Under the pieces are notes generated by a model. It saw only the letters and a program-made list of their open reading frames with translations, was not told where the DNA came from and ran no database searches. This document shows, one piece after another, positions 10,234 through 19,626 of a DNA stretch of 50,922 nt. This DNA is from Tepidiformaceae bacterium (GTDB lineage: Bacteria > Chloroflexota > Dehalococcoidia > Tepidiformales > Tepidiformaceae): positions 1-50,922 of the forward strand of contig JBATAT010000081.1 of the NCBI GenBank assembly GCA_049662005.1. The letters are read 5' to 3'. The translations under genes and the position numbers were made by a program. Positions within the stretch are counted from its first letter, which is position 1. Each line of letters opens with the position of its first letter.

Positions 10234-10734
10234 GTGGTCCACGCACCCGTCCTCGCGACGCTCGGATATGTCCTCAGCACCGATGGCGAATCGGTGTTGA
10301 TGGTTCACCGCAATGCGCGCCCCGCGGACCACGCGTACGGTAAGTACAACGGGCTCGGCGGGAAGATGGAGGCGGGCGAGGATATCGCCGCCTGCATCGC
10401 TCGCGAGGTTCGCGAAGAAGCGGGCATCGAGGTTAGTTCGCTCCGGCTGCGGGGAACGCTCAGCTGGCCCGGTTTCGGGAACGACCGTGAAGGCTGGTTC
10501 GGCTTCGTCTTCCTAATTGATGGCTGGAGTGGGACGCCGTCCGAATCGAATGCGGAGGGCGAACTCCACTGGGTGCCGATTTCGAAGCTGCTGGCGGGAG
10601 AGTTGCCGATGTGGACCGGTGATCGCCTCTGGTTGCCGATGGTTTTCGATAGCGATCCACGCCCGTTTCACGGGGTGGAGCCGTACAACGGGCTGGAAGT
10701 GATTGAAGGCGGGTGGTCGTACTCCCGGCTGTAG
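10234..10734 (+). CDS. NUDIX hydrolase
   Basis: Nudix box GGKMEAGEDIAACIAREVREEAGIEV (GX5EX7REUXEEXGU). GTG start. Confidence 0.8.
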   Translation: MVHAPVLATLGYVLSTDGESVLMVHRNARPADHAYGKYNGLGGKMEAGEDIAACIAREVREEAGIEVSSLRLRGTLSWPGFGNDREGWFGFVFLIDGWSGTPSESNAEGELHWVPISKLLAGELPMWTGDRLWLPMVFDSDPRPFHGVEPYNGLEVIEGGWSYSRL

Positions 10735-10761
10735 CGAGGGCGCCTCGACGGTGTCACACGA

Positions 10762-10787
10762 AACGGCCCGCGTTGCTGCGGGCCGTT
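10762..10787. terminator. Bidirectional hairpin between the convergent NUDIX and SDR genes
   Basis: Perfect 10-bp stem AACGGCCCGC / GCGGGCCGTT with a 6-nt loop. Flanked by TTTCG/CGAAA-type short U tracts on both strands. Confidence 0.55.
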
Positions 10788-10812
10788 CGGTTCGTGTGGT
10801 GGTCGCCTGAGA

Positions 10813-11712
10813 TTAGGCGATGGGCTGGATGAACTGCTTGAAGGTTGCCGGCATCAGCTTCGAGAGCTCGTCCGTGGTCCAGGTTTTGTTGCCCTGGAGG
10901 ACGGCCTGCGGCGCGATGTTGTTGTAGAGGGTGATGCTGTAGCCGCGGACGCCGAAGCAGCGCCCACTAATCCAGCCGCCCTCTTCGCTGGCCAGGTAGA
11001 CGAGCGGGGGAGCGATGTTCGCGGGATCGCGTTCGGTGCCAGCGGCATCATCGGCGACCACGCGAGTGGCGCCACCCTGGGCACGCTCCGTAGGCACGGT
11101 ATCGGTCATGCGGGTGGCGGCGCCGGGCCCGATGGAGTTCGCGGTCACTCCGTAGCGGCCGAGGGCGCGGGCGCAGCTGAGGGTGAGGCCCCAGATGCCC
11201 ATCTTGGCGGCTGCGTAGTTCGGCTGACCCGGGGCGCCGAAAAGGCCCGAGCCGGAAGTGAAGTTGATGATCCGGCCACCGTTGCGTGCCTGGCGCCAGT
11301 GGATGGAAGCGAACCGGCTGGTTGCGAACGTACCCTTCATGTGCACGCGCACGACCGCGTCCCACTCTTCCTCGGTCATGTTGAAGATCATGCGATCGCG
11401 AAGGATGCCTGCGACGTTGACGAGGATATCGAGCTGTCCCCATTCGTTGAGGGCCGTGCGCACGAGGTCTTCGGCCTGGTCCATATCGGAAACGTCGCCG
11501 AAGTTGGCAATCGCTTCGCCGCCGGCGGCCTTGATATCGGCGACGGTCTTGGCGGCTGGAGAATTGTCCTTGCCTTCACCATCGACGGAGACGCCGAGGT
11601 CGTTGACGATGACTTTAGCGCCTTCTTTGGCATAAAGGAGCGCGACTTCGCGACCGATGCCGCGGCCAGCGCCGGTGATGATGGCTGTTTTGCCTTCGAG
11701 TTTTCCCGCCAT
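10813..11712 (-). CDS. Short-chain dehydrogenase/reductase (SDR) family oxidoreductase
   Basis: Rossmann motif TGAGRGIGRE and catalytic YAAAKMG (YxxxK). 299 aa. Confidence 0.85.
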   Translation of the reverse strand: MAGKLEGKTAIITGAGRGIGREVALLYAKEGAKVIVNDLGVSVDGEGKDNSPAAKTVADIKAAGGEAIANFGDVSDMDQAEDLVRTALNEWGQLDILVNVAGILRDRMIFNMTEEEWDAVVRVHMKGTFATSRFASIHWRQARNGGRIINFTSGSGLFGAPGQPNYAAAKMGIWGLTLSCARALGRYGVTANSIGPGAATRMTDTVPTERAQGGATRVVADDAAGTERDPANIAPPLVYLASEEGGWISGRCFGVRGYSITLYNNIAPQAVLQGNKTWTTDELSKLMPATFKQFIQPIA

Positions 11713-11777
11713 AGGGGTGCGTACCTGCCTCTTGTGTGATGCCGCCGAAGTTTACGCTCACGTGAGGGATTGGGGAA

Positions 11778-12317
11778 TCACTCCCCCGGTTCGGAGCCAC
11801 GACCGAGGGCAAGTTCGAACTGCCCGGCGAGTGTCACCACCTGGTGGTGACTGAGCATCGCCTCGAGGGTGGCGACATAGGCTTCGTCTTCGCTTTCGAG
11901 GTGAACCCGGCACAGGGCATAGAGGCCGAAGAGCAGTGGCTGGAGGTATTTCGCGTACTCTGCGAGGTCGCCAGCGACCTGGGCTGCTTCCACCACCTGG
12001 GCGAGATCCCCGGCCATGCGCAGTATCGACGTGTGCTGGGCGCGCATGACGCGGCAGGCATTCGGCGCACCGGTCACGCTTTCGAAGGCGGCGAAGATCG
12101 TTGCTTCCTCGGCACGGCAGCCTGGCAGGAGTTGCTCGCGGAGGTATTCCATGGCCGCATCGAGCGAGGCCAGCGCGAAACGCGACTCCGCGGTGGTGAT
12201 CGCGGTTGCGGCCACCTGGAGGGTATTCAATCCGGCGTGCATCGATTGGCGGACTTCTCGCAATGGCGCCGCCGCTCGAAGAAAACCGTCGTCCTCGGGC
12301 TTTTCTACGGTTTCCAA
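11778..12317 (-). CDS. Hemerythrin-like (HHE cation-binding) domain protein, tentative
   Basis: All-helical 179-aa protein with repeated His/Glu-rich segments (AEEATIFAAFE, RVHLESEDEAYVATLEAML, SHH) resembling hemerythrin-like domains. 13-nt overlap with the upstream methyltransferase. Confidence 0.45.
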   Translation of the reverse strand: METVEKPEDDGFLRAAAPLREVRQSMHAGLNTLQVAATAITTAESRFALASLDAAMEYLREQLLPGCRAEEATIFAAFESVTGAPNACRVMRAQHTSILRMAGDLAQVVEAAQVAGDLAEYAKYLQPLLFGLYALCRVHLESEDEAYVATLEAMLSHHQVVTLAGQFELALGRGSEPGE

Positions 12318-13174
12318 CTGACGATCCCGAGCGTCACCTGTTTGTCGGTGAGGAAGAAGCGGCCATCGCGTTCGGTGGCGAGTTTCGGCAGAGCTTCGCG
12401 CATTCGCGTTGCGCCGGGGCCGCCCGGTTCGACAAACAGCTGCTGCAACGCGAACCCCTCGATGGATTCAAGCGAGGGATACCCGGCGGGTTCGCGTTCG
12501 CCCAGCCAGACGCTAAAGACCTTCCCGCGCGCGAGGAGCAAAGCGAGGAATTCCGGCAGGGCGGGGAGGAGTTCCCGGGACTCACCATGTACGGCGGGCC
12601 AGAGCGGCGCGGCCGCGGAGGAAGGCGCCTCCGCCAGGAGGACAGCGACGCATGCACGACTGGCAGCCGCTTCCATGGCATCGAGGAACGGACCGATCTC
12701 GGCGATGTCGTAGCTCACATGGGAGATGAACGAAACGTCGGCCCGGGGAGGGTTCTCCGTGGGCCAGCGGGAGTTGATGGTGGTCACGCCGGGGACATCG
12801 AACTCGGCGGACGCCTCTTTGAGGACGTTCAGCATTCCGGGCGAAGGATCGAGCGCGATGACGTTGGCGCCGGCGAGGGAGAGCGGGAGCGCATAGCGTC
12901 CGCCACCGGCGCCGATATCGAGCCATGTTTCACCTTTCGCGACCATGCCGCGAAGGACATCGAGGGCCGGTTCATTCGTCCGGCGTGGATCGGCTTTGAA
13001 GCTTGTCGCTATCGAAGCGTAGAAGTCGGGGCGTTCGCTTGCCTCACGGAAGCGTTCGGCCTGGGCGTTGTTGGCGCGGACGCGGCGCGCCCATTCCGCA
13101 AGGAGGGTTGATTCATCGAGACCGAGTGGACCAGTCATGGTTCGAGTCTGCATCGGGGCGGCTGGTGGCGGCAA
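12305..13174 (-). CDS. Class I SAM-dependent methyltransferase
   Basis: Motif I WLDIGAGGGRYALPL followed by VIALDPSPGML. Start uncertain: TTG 13174, ATG 13153 or ATG 13138. Confidence 0.8.
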   Translation of the reverse strand: MPPPAAPMQTRTMTGPLGLDESTLLAEWARRVRANNAQAERFREASERPDFYASIATSFKADPRRTNEPALDVLRGMVAKGETWLDIGAGGGRYALPLSLAGANVIALDPSPGMLNVLKEASAEFDVPGVTTINSRWPTENPPRADVSFISHVSYDIAEIGPFLDAMEAAASRACVAVLLAEAPSSAAAPLWPAVHGESRELLPALPEFLALLLARGKVFSVWLGEREPAGYPSLESIEGFALQQLFVEPGGPGATRMREALPKLATERDGRFFLTDKQVTLGIVSWKP

Positions 13175-13232
13175 GCGCGCGCAGTTGCTACGATATTGTC
13201 TACCAACTTGGTCAACAATTCAGGAGACACCA

Positions 13233-13583
13233 TTGGCAACGAAAGACCCTCGCGAACCGTTCACTCGAATCTCTGTCGCCGAAGCGAAAGAAAAGCTCGA
13301 CAAGGGCGAGGCCGTCATGGTCGATGTGCGGGAACCGGACGAATACGTCGAAGTGCATGCCAAAGGCGTTCGGCTGATCCCGGTAAACACCGTGATCGGC
13401 GAGGCGAAGCAGCTTCGCGAGTTCGCCGACGGCAAAGAAGTGCTGTTCATCTGCAAGTCGGGGGCGCGGAGCGCTCTTGCGGCCGAGTTTGCGACTGCGG
13501 CTGGAGTCAGTGAACTGCCGCTGTACAACGTCGAGGGCGGCACTCAGGCCTGGGTGCAGGCAGGCTATCCGACCGGCGACTGA
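13233..13583 (+). CDS. Single-domain rhodanese (sulfurtransferase)
   Basis: Active-site loop CKSGARS, VDVREPDEY and GGTQAW motifs. TTG 13233 lies 6 nt after AGGAG. The ORF opens at 13068, inside the divergent gene. Confidence 0.8.
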   Translation: MATKDPREPFTRISVAEAKEKLDKGEAVMVDVREPDEYVEVHAKGVRLIPVNTVIGEAKQLREFADGKEVLFICKSGARSALAAEFATAAGVSELPLYNVEGGTQAWVQAGYPTGD

Positions 13584-13614
13584 GCGAACGGGCCAGGAGA
13601 CCTTGAAATCGCGT

Positions 13615-13637
13615 AAGGCGCCCATCGCGGGCGCCTT
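13615..13637 (+). terminator. Hairpin after the rhodanese gene
   Basis: AAGGCGCCC-ATCG-CGGGCGCCTT, a perfect stem, followed by TCGAAATTCTT. Confidence 0.55.
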
Positions 13638-13752
13638 TCGAAATTCTTGACCCTACCTTGAATGAAACCTACCATCCCGCCGTCTGCGTACTGTTCGATG
13701 ACACCTACCAAGCGGTAAGGATCAATCGGTAAAGGACGCGGGAGGAGTAACA

Positions 13753-15024
13753 ATGAGGGACAGGGGAATGTGGTCCAAGTGGACCTGGCTGATGGCGCTT
13801 GTAGCGCTTGTGGCCGTACTGGCCGTCGCCTGCAGCGGCGACGACGATGACGATGACGGCGGCGACACTGGCGGCAGTGGCTTCACCGACGCCGGTTACA
13901 AGACTGCCGGACTGGACAAGGCCAAAGTCGTTACGTACGACGCTGAAATTCCGATCGGTATTTCCAGCGCATTGACGGGCGACACGGCCGGACTCGGCAT
14001 CCCGATCGCGGATTCGGCTGAGGCCGCCGGCGATGGCGTCACAATCAAGGGCCACGCAATCAAGTGGGTCCGTGAAGACGACCTCTGCACACCGGAAGGC
14101 GGCCCTGCTGCGGCCGACCGCCTGATCAAGGCGAAAGTCGTCGCTGCCGTTGGCCCGATTTGTTCGGGCGGTACGCGTGCCGCACTGAAGACCTTCGATG
14201 ATGCGGGCATCACGCACATTTCTCCTTCGGCAACCGCCGGCGACCTTACTTCGCCGACCCGCGCTGAAGGCCCCTATGTGACCTTCTTCCGCGTCCCGGT
14301 TCTCAACTCGGACGAGGCAAAGGCGCAGGCGAAGTTCGCTCATGACACCCTCGGTGCGAAGAAGGCTTTCGTTGTCTTCGATACCGATGACTACGGAAAG
14401 GACCTCGCGGCGGAATTCCAGAAGTACTTCAAGGAAGACGGCGGCGAGATCGTCGGCACCCCGGCGGGCTACGAGAAGAAGACGACCGACTTCAAGTCGA
14501 TCATCGCGAACATCAAGGATGCCAAGCCGGACGTGATCTACCAGGCCGGGTTCTATGCCGAGGCGACGCCGTTCCTGACGCAGCTCCGGGCCGAGGCCGA
14601 CCTGAAAGAGATCCCGTACATCGGCGGCGATGGCATCAAGAACGACGAACTCATCACGGGCGCGAAGGCCGCCGCGGACGGCGCCTACCTGGCTCTGCCG
14701 GGCACGACCGGTTCGCAGTTCGACACCTACAAGGACAAGTTCGCGAAGCTCTTTAAGGGCGACGCCGATACCGCCACCTTCGGCGCTGAGGCGTATGACG
14801 CCGCGACCGCCATCATCAAGGCGCTCGAAAAGGTCGCCGTGGAGAAGGATGGCAAGATCGAAGTCGACCTGAAGAAGCTGAACGAAGCGATCAAGGACAG
14901 CAACTTCGAAGGCGCTTCCGGCAAGATTGAATTCGGTGATAACGGCAACCGCGCAGGCGGCGTCGTCCGATTCTTCAAGGTCGAAGGCGGCAAGTACGTC
15001 CAACTCGAAGCGGGCAAGAAGTAA
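13753..15024 (+). CDS. Branched-chain amino-acid ABC transporter substrate-binding lipoprotein (LivJ/K family)
   Basis: Signal peptide with lipobox (LAVAC), acidic linker SGDDDDDDGGD, then a type I periplasmic-binding fold. GGAGGAG SD upstream. Heads a livHMGF gene set. Confidence 0.9.
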   Translation: MRDRGMWSKWTWLMALVALVAVLAVACSGDDDDDDGGDTGGSGFTDAGYKTAGLDKAKVVTYDAEIPIGISSALTGDTAGLGIPIADSAEAAGDGVTIKGHAIKWVREDDLCTPEGGPAAADRLIKAKVVAAVGPICSGGTRAALKTFDDAGITHISPSATAGDLTSPTRAEGPYVTFFRVPVLNSDEAKAQAKFAHDTLGAKKAFVVFDTDDYGKDLAAEFQKYFKEDGGEIVGTPAGYEKKTTDFKSIIANIKDAKPDVIYQAGFYAEATPFLTQLRAEADLKEIPYIGGDGIKNDELITGAKAAADGAYLALPGTTGSQFDTYKDKFAKLFKGDADTATFGAEAYDAATAIIKALEKVAVEKDGKIEVDLKKLNEAIKDSNFEGASGKIEFGDNGNRAGGVVRFFKVEGGKYVQLEAGKK

Positions 15025-15053
15025 TCCTTCCGCTCGCGCAGTGACTTCAATGC

Positions 15054-15091
15054 GGGAGAGGCGGCTGAATATGCCACCTCTCCCGTTTTTG
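15054..15091 (+). terminator. Intra-operon hairpin/attenuator after the binding-protein gene
   Basis: GGGAGAGGCGGC...GCCACCTCTCCC stem followed by GTTTTTG. Such a partial terminator after an SBP gene is common in ABC operons. Confidence 0.65.
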
Positions 15092-15117
15092 TCGGATATC
15101 CAAAACGGAGACCGGCC

Positions 15118-16077
15118 ATGACGGTCATCTTTCTCACTTCAGCCGAATTCTGGGCCGATCAGTTCGTCAACGGGATGACAACGGGCAGCATCTACGCGCT
15201 TATTGCCCTGGGCTACACGATGGTTTACGGGGTGTTGCAGCTGATTAACTTCGCCCACGGCGAAGTCTTTATGATCGGCGCGTTCGCGGGCTACGGTGTC
15301 CTCGTCTCGATGGGCGGCGACGATATTTCGGGCGGGATGATTGCGCTCGCACTGGTCCTCGCGTTGATCGCCGCATCGGCCGCCTCAATGGTGACGGCCG
15401 TCGCGATCGAACGGATCGCCTACCGGCCGCTGCGCAACGCGCCCAGGCTGGCGCCGCTCATCAGCGCGATTGGCGTGAGTGTCATGCTGAGCCATCTGGT
15501 GGATGATGGCTTCCTCTCGGGCAGGTCGAAGTTCTACCCGACCATTTTCCCGGCCGGCAACCTCGACCTCGGACCGTTGAGCGTTTCCTACCTGCAGCTG
15601 TTCCTGATGGTCTCGTCCTTCGCGATGATGATGGGCCTGTGGTGGTTCATCCAGCGGACGAAGCTCGGGCGCGGCATCCGGGCAGTGGCGGAGGACCGCG
15701 ACAACGCGTCGCTGATGGGCATCGATGTGAACCGGGCGATCGTGGTGACGTTCGCCCTTGGCGCGATTATGGCGGGGGTGGCGGGCGTGCTTTACGGCCT
15801 GTTCTTCACCTCGATCCGGGGAAGCATGGGCTTCGTCCCCGGGGTGAAGGCGTTCACGGCGGCCGTGCTCGGCGGCATTGGCAGCATCCAGGGGGCGGTC
15901 ATCGGTGGATACTTCCTCGGCCTCACGGAGACGATCGGACGGGAGCTGCTCAACGAGATCCCCGGCGTCAACCTGCCGAACCAGTGGAAGGACGTGGTCG
16001 CTTTCAGTCTTCTCGTGCTTGTCCTGATCTTTCGTCCGAATGGGATTTTCGGGAAGGTAGAGACGAAACGTGCGTGA
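15118..16077 (+). CDS. livH: Branched-chain amino-acid ABC permease (LivH type)
   Basis: Polytopic, 319 aa. GMTTGSIYALIALGYTMVYGVLQLINFAHGE is the LivH N-terminal hallmark. Confidence 0.9.
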   Translation: MTVIFLTSAEFWADQFVNGMTTGSIYALIALGYTMVYGVLQLINFAHGEVFMIGAFAGYGVLVSMGGDDISGGMIALALVLALIAASAASMVTAVAIERIAYRPLRNAPRLAPLISAIGVSVMLSHLVDDGFLSGRSKFYPTIFPAGNLDLGPLSVSYLQLFLMVSSFAMMMGLWWFIQRTKLGRGIRAVAEDRDNASLMGIDVNRAIVVTFALGAIMAGVAGVLYGLFFTSIRGSMGFVPGVKAFTAAVLGGIGSIQGAVIGGYFLGLTETIGRELLNEIPGVNLPNQWKDVVAFSLLVLVLIFRPNGIFGKVETKRA

Positions 16078-17203
16078 GTTCAGATCGCGGCTTCCGCACC
16101 TCCCCGAGTGGGCGCACGCACTGATCTTCCTGGTGGTCGGACTCACGGGCCTTGCGCTCCTCGATGACACGTGGATTCGCGTGCTTTTCCTGGTGACGCT
16201 CTACGCCACGCTGGGCATGGGCCTGAACGTGGTGGTTGGACTCGCCGGACTGCTCGACCTCGGTTTCGTGGCGTTCTTCGCTACCGGCGCGTATGTGGTC
16301 GCTATCTGGGGCGCGCCAATTTCACCGTCGGTCGATGGCGTCATTAACTACTGGATACTGTTACCGCTGGCGGTGCTCATCGGCGCGAGCGTTGGGCTGA
16401 TGCTGGGATTGCCGGTGCTCCCGCTACGCGGCGACTATCTCGCGATCGTGACGCTAGGGTTCGGCGAAATCATCCGGATCCTCGCGCTCAACCTGAACGA
16501 CATCACCCGCGGTTCCTCCGGTATTTTCGAGATCGAACGCCCGAGCTACGGCTTCGGCGAAGTCGACAATGTGCGCAAGTTCTTCGTGATGATCTTGCTT
16601 GCGGCGTTACTGGTGTGGTTCGTGACCTCGCGGCTGCGCGATTCGAAGATTGGGCGCGCATGGGAAGCGATCCGCGAGGATGAGGATGTGGCCGCAGGGA
16701 TGGGCATTAACACGACGCGATACAAGCTGATGGCGTTCGCGATGGGGGCATCGATTGGGGCGCTTGGCGGCGCGATCTACGCACCGTTCATTGACTTCAT
16801 TGCGCCACAGCAGTTCGGATTGATCGTCAGCATCAACGTCCTCGGCCTCGTGATCATCGGCGGGATGGGCAATACCTCGGGTGTTATCGCCGGTTCGGTG
16901 CTGCTTATCGGTGTCCCCGAACTCCTCCAGTTCCAGGAGACGGCCGAACTGCTCCAGAAGTTCGGATGGCTGCGGGATCTGCTGAACACGGTGATCGATG
17001 GCTTCAACGCGATTTCGTTCGCCGACATCGGGAAGCTCCCGCCTGCGGAAGATTGGGGGGAGAAGCTGGCCATGTACCGGTTCATCGTGTTCGGCGCGCT
17101 GCTGGTGATCGTGATGGCACTGCGACCTTCGGGCCTGTTCCCAAGCCGTCGGCGCGAACTCGAGTTCGACGCTGAGTACCAGGAACCCGAGGGGGTGGCC
17201 TGA
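16070..17203 (+). CDS. livM: Branched-chain amino-acid ABC permease (LivM type)
   Basis: Polytopic, 377 aa. LGMGLNVVVGLAGLLDLGFVAFFATGAY. 8-nt overlap with livH. Confidence 0.9.
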   Translation: MREFRSRLPHLPEWAHALIFLVVGLTGLALLDDTWIRVLFLVTLYATLGMGLNVVVGLAGLLDLGFVAFFATGAYVVAIWGAPISPSVDGVINYWILLPLAVLIGASVGLMLGLPVLPLRGDYLAIVTLGFGEIIRILALNLNDITRGSSGIFEIERPSYGFGEVDNVRKFFVMILLAALLVWFVTSRLRDSKIGRAWEAIREDEDVAAGMGINTTRYKLMAFAMGASIGALGGAIYAPFIDFIAPQQFGLIVSINVLGLVIIGGMGNTSGVIAGSVLLIGVPELLQFQETAELLQKFGWLRDLLNTVIDGFNAISFADIGKLPPAEDWGEKLAMYRFIVFGALLVIVMALRPSGLFPSRRRELEFDAEYQEPEGVA

Positions 17204-18102
17204 TGGCGGCCGGCGAACTCGACGTCCGCAACCTTGGCATGCAGTTCCAGGGCCTGGCGGCGCTCAGCGATGTCTCGCTGAACGTCCCAGCGGGCGAAAT
17301 CCACGGCCTCATCGGACCGAACGGAGCGGGCAAGACGACGCTTTTCAACTGTCTTACGGGCTTCTACACCCCGACGAGTGGTGAAGTCTGGCTCTCGGGC
17401 GACCGCATCGACGGGTTCTTGCCGCACGTCATCTCCGCGGCCGGGGTTTCGCGCACATTCCAGAACATTCGTCTCTTTTCGAACATGACCGCCGTCGAGA
17501 ACGTGCTCGTTGCAAGCCATTCGCGGATCGGCCGCGGCGACGGCCACGACATCCCATCGCGGCGGATCAGTTCTCCGGTCCTTCGGCGCGCTTTCACAGC
17601 AGTGCATGCGCCGAAATCGATCCTCGGCGGCCTTCGAGAGGTGGCAGCCGCCGTCGTCCAGCCGCCGGCAGCCCGCCGCAACGAACGCCACGCGGTCGAG
17701 CGCGCCAAGCGGCTGCTCGCGAGCGCAGGACTCGCAAGGCGCGAAAATGTGATTGCGCGGAACCTGCCGTATGGCGACCAGCGCCGCCTCGAGCTCGCGC
17801 GGGCCCTGGCTACCAGCCCCCGCCTCCTCCTGCTCGATGAGCCAACGGCGGGCATGAACCCGCAGGAGAGCGCGTCGATGGTCGCGCTCATTCGCCAGAT
17901 TCGCGACGAATTCGACACGACGATCGTCCTCATCGAACACCAGATGCGGGTGGTGATGGGCGTCTGTGAGCGGATTACAGTCCTCGACTACGGCCGCAAG
18001 ATAGCGGAGGGGACGCCCGAACAGGTCCAGAAAGACACGCACGTTATCGAGGCCTACCTCGGGACGCGCGCCATCGCAGGTAGCGGCCATGCCGCTCCTT
18101 AA
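17203..18102 (+). CDS. livG: Branched-chain amino-acid ABC ATP-binding protein (LivG type)
   Basis: Walker A GPNGAGKTT, signature YGDQRRLELARAL, Walker B LLLLDEP and the LivG-type insert before the signature. 1-nt TGATG overlap with livM. Confidence 0.9.
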   Translation: MAAGELDVRNLGMQFQGLAALSDVSLNVPAGEIHGLIGPNGAGKTTLFNCLTGFYTPTSGEVWLSGDRIDGFLPHVISAAGVSRTFQNIRLFSNMTAVENVLVASHSRIGRGDGHDIPSRRISSPVLRRAFTAVHAPKSILGGLREVAAAVVQPPAARRNERHAVERAKRLLASAGLARRENVIARNLPYGDQRRLELARALATSPRLLLLDEPTAGMNPQESASMVALIRQIRDEFDTTIVLIEHQMRVVMGVCERITVLDYGRKIAEGTPEQVQKDTHVIEAYLGTRAIAGSGHAAP

Positions 18103-18796
18103 GGTTACGGATCTTGCGGCCGGCTACGGGGCTATCGCAGCGATCAAGGGCATCTCGCTCGAGGTGTACGAAGGCGAAATCGTGACGCTGATCGGTTCGA
18201 ATGGTGCGGGTAAGTCGACGACGCTGCGCGCGCTCTCGGGCATCATCAAGCCGCGATCTGGCCGGGTCGAATTCAAGGGCGTCCCGATCGAAAAGCTTGC
18301 CCCGCACAAGATCGTGCAACTCGGCATGTCACATGTACCCGAAGGGCGCGGCATCTTCCACCGCATGTCGGTGCGCGACAACCTTCTCCTTGGGGGCTAC
18401 CAGCGCAACGATAGCCTGCGGGACGACCTCGACCGTGCTTACACGCTCTTTCCGCGCCTAAAGGAGCGAGCGGACCAGGCAGGCGGCACGCTTTCGGGCG
18501 GCGAACAACAGATGCTCGCCATCGGCCGTGCGCTCATGGCAAAACCTACGCTGCTCCTGCTCGACGAGCCCTCGATGGGCCTTTCGCCACTGCTTGTCGA
18601 GACGATCTTCGCGACCATTACCGAAATCCGGCAGCAGGGTGCAACGGTCCTCCTTGTCGAGCAGAATGCACTGATGGCACTTGAAATCGCTGACCGAGCG
18701 TACGTGCTCGAATCCGGCGTCATCACGCTCCAGGGCACCGGCGAAGAACTCGCAAAAGACGACGCCGTCCGCCGTTCATACCTGGGTGAGGCGTGA
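18089..18796 (+). CDS. livF: Branched-chain amino-acid ABC ATP-binding protein (LivF type)
   Basis: Walker A GSNGAGKST, LSGGEQQML, Walker B LLLLDEPS. 14-nt overlap with livG. Confidence 0.9.
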   Translation: MPLLKVTDLAAGYGAIAAIKGISLEVYEGEIVTLIGSNGAGKSTTLRALSGIIKPRSGRVEFKGVPIEKLAPHKIVQLGMSHVPEGRGIFHRMSVRDNLLLGGYQRNDSLRDDLDRAYTLFPRLKERADQAGGTLSGGEQQMLAIGRALMAKPTLLLLDEPSMGLSPLLVETIFATITEIRQQGATVLLVEQNALMALEIADRAYVLESGVITLQGTGEELAKDDAVRRSYLGEA

Positions 18797-19626
18797 GCGC
18801 GGCGGTCGAATCGTTCATTGAGGCAGACCGTTCTCGCTTCCGCGCCCTGACGTGGGGTGGTGGCGACGAGACGGTCCTCTTCCTGCATGGTCTTTCCGGG
18901 GTGGCCGACGTCTGGATACCGACGGTGGAACACCTCGCAGGCCGACGCCGGTACGTTGCCATCGATCAGCGCGGACATGGCCAAACAACGGTGCAGGGCG
19001 ATGACTACAGCGCCGAGGCAATGGTTGCCGATACCGAAGCGGTGATCCGCTTCCTGGGGGGCAGTCCGCACCTCGTCGGGCACTCGATGGGCGCTCGCAT
19101 CGCCATGCTGGTCGCATCCCGGCGGGCCGAACTGCTTCGTAGTGTGACGATCGTCGATATCGGCCCCGACAAATGGCAGGCGAACATCGACTCGACCAGG
19201 GCCGGGGTGGAGCGGCGGCCCGAGCGCTTCGCGAGCCGGGACGAACTGTTCGCGTTCGCGTTTCGCAACCGTGAGCCGACGGAACTCGACCGGCGCATCA
19301 TGCTCGCGCGGTTCGCCGAACATCCAGACGGATCGCTGACCTGGCATGCAAGCCGCGAGGCGCTTGTGCGCTGCGTGACGGGCCAGCGATCGAGAAATTA
19401 CTGGTCCGAATGGCGCAACCTTTCGCTGCCCGCACTCTTTATCCACGGTGGCGCTTCGAACGAGGTGCCAACGCGCATCGCCGAGAAGATGCGGCGCGAG
19501 AACCCGGCGGTTGGCTTCGAACGATTCGAGGGCATCGGCCACAATATTCCGTTGATTGCTCCAGAACAGCTCGCGAGGAGCCTTGAGCGATTCTGGAGAT
19601 CAGCAGCGGGCGCGAGGTCGTACTAG
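18793..19626 (+). CDS. Alpha/beta-fold hydrolase
   Basis: HG oxyanion segment (VLFLHGLSG), nucleophile elbow GHSMGARIA and C-terminal GIGHNIP His. GTGA overlap with livF. Confidence 0.8.
   Translation: MSAAVESFIEADRSRFRALTWGGGDETVLFLHGLSGVADVWIPTVEHLAGRRRYVAIDQRGHGQTTVQGDDYSAEAMVADTEAVIRFLGGSPHLVGHSMGARIAMLVASRRAELLRSVTIVDIGPDKWQANIDSTRAGVERRPERFASRDELFAFAFRNREPTELDRRIMLARFAEHPDGSLTWHASREALVRCVTGQRSRNYWSEWRNLSLPALFIHGGASNEVPTRIAEKMRRENPAVGFERFEGIGHNIPLIAPEQLARSLERFWRSAAGARSY

Noticed and set aside
13705-15003. Long antisense ORFs mirroring real genes: 13705-15003, 16777-18090, 18439-19542, 6187-7203, 29475-30830, 39858-41168, 43610-44458, 11844-13111.
   Set aside because: Each lies opposite a gene with unmistakable family motifs. 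Their translations are Arg/Ala/Gly/Pro-rich low-complexity strings with no motifs. Such stop-free antisense frames are expected in high-GC DNA.
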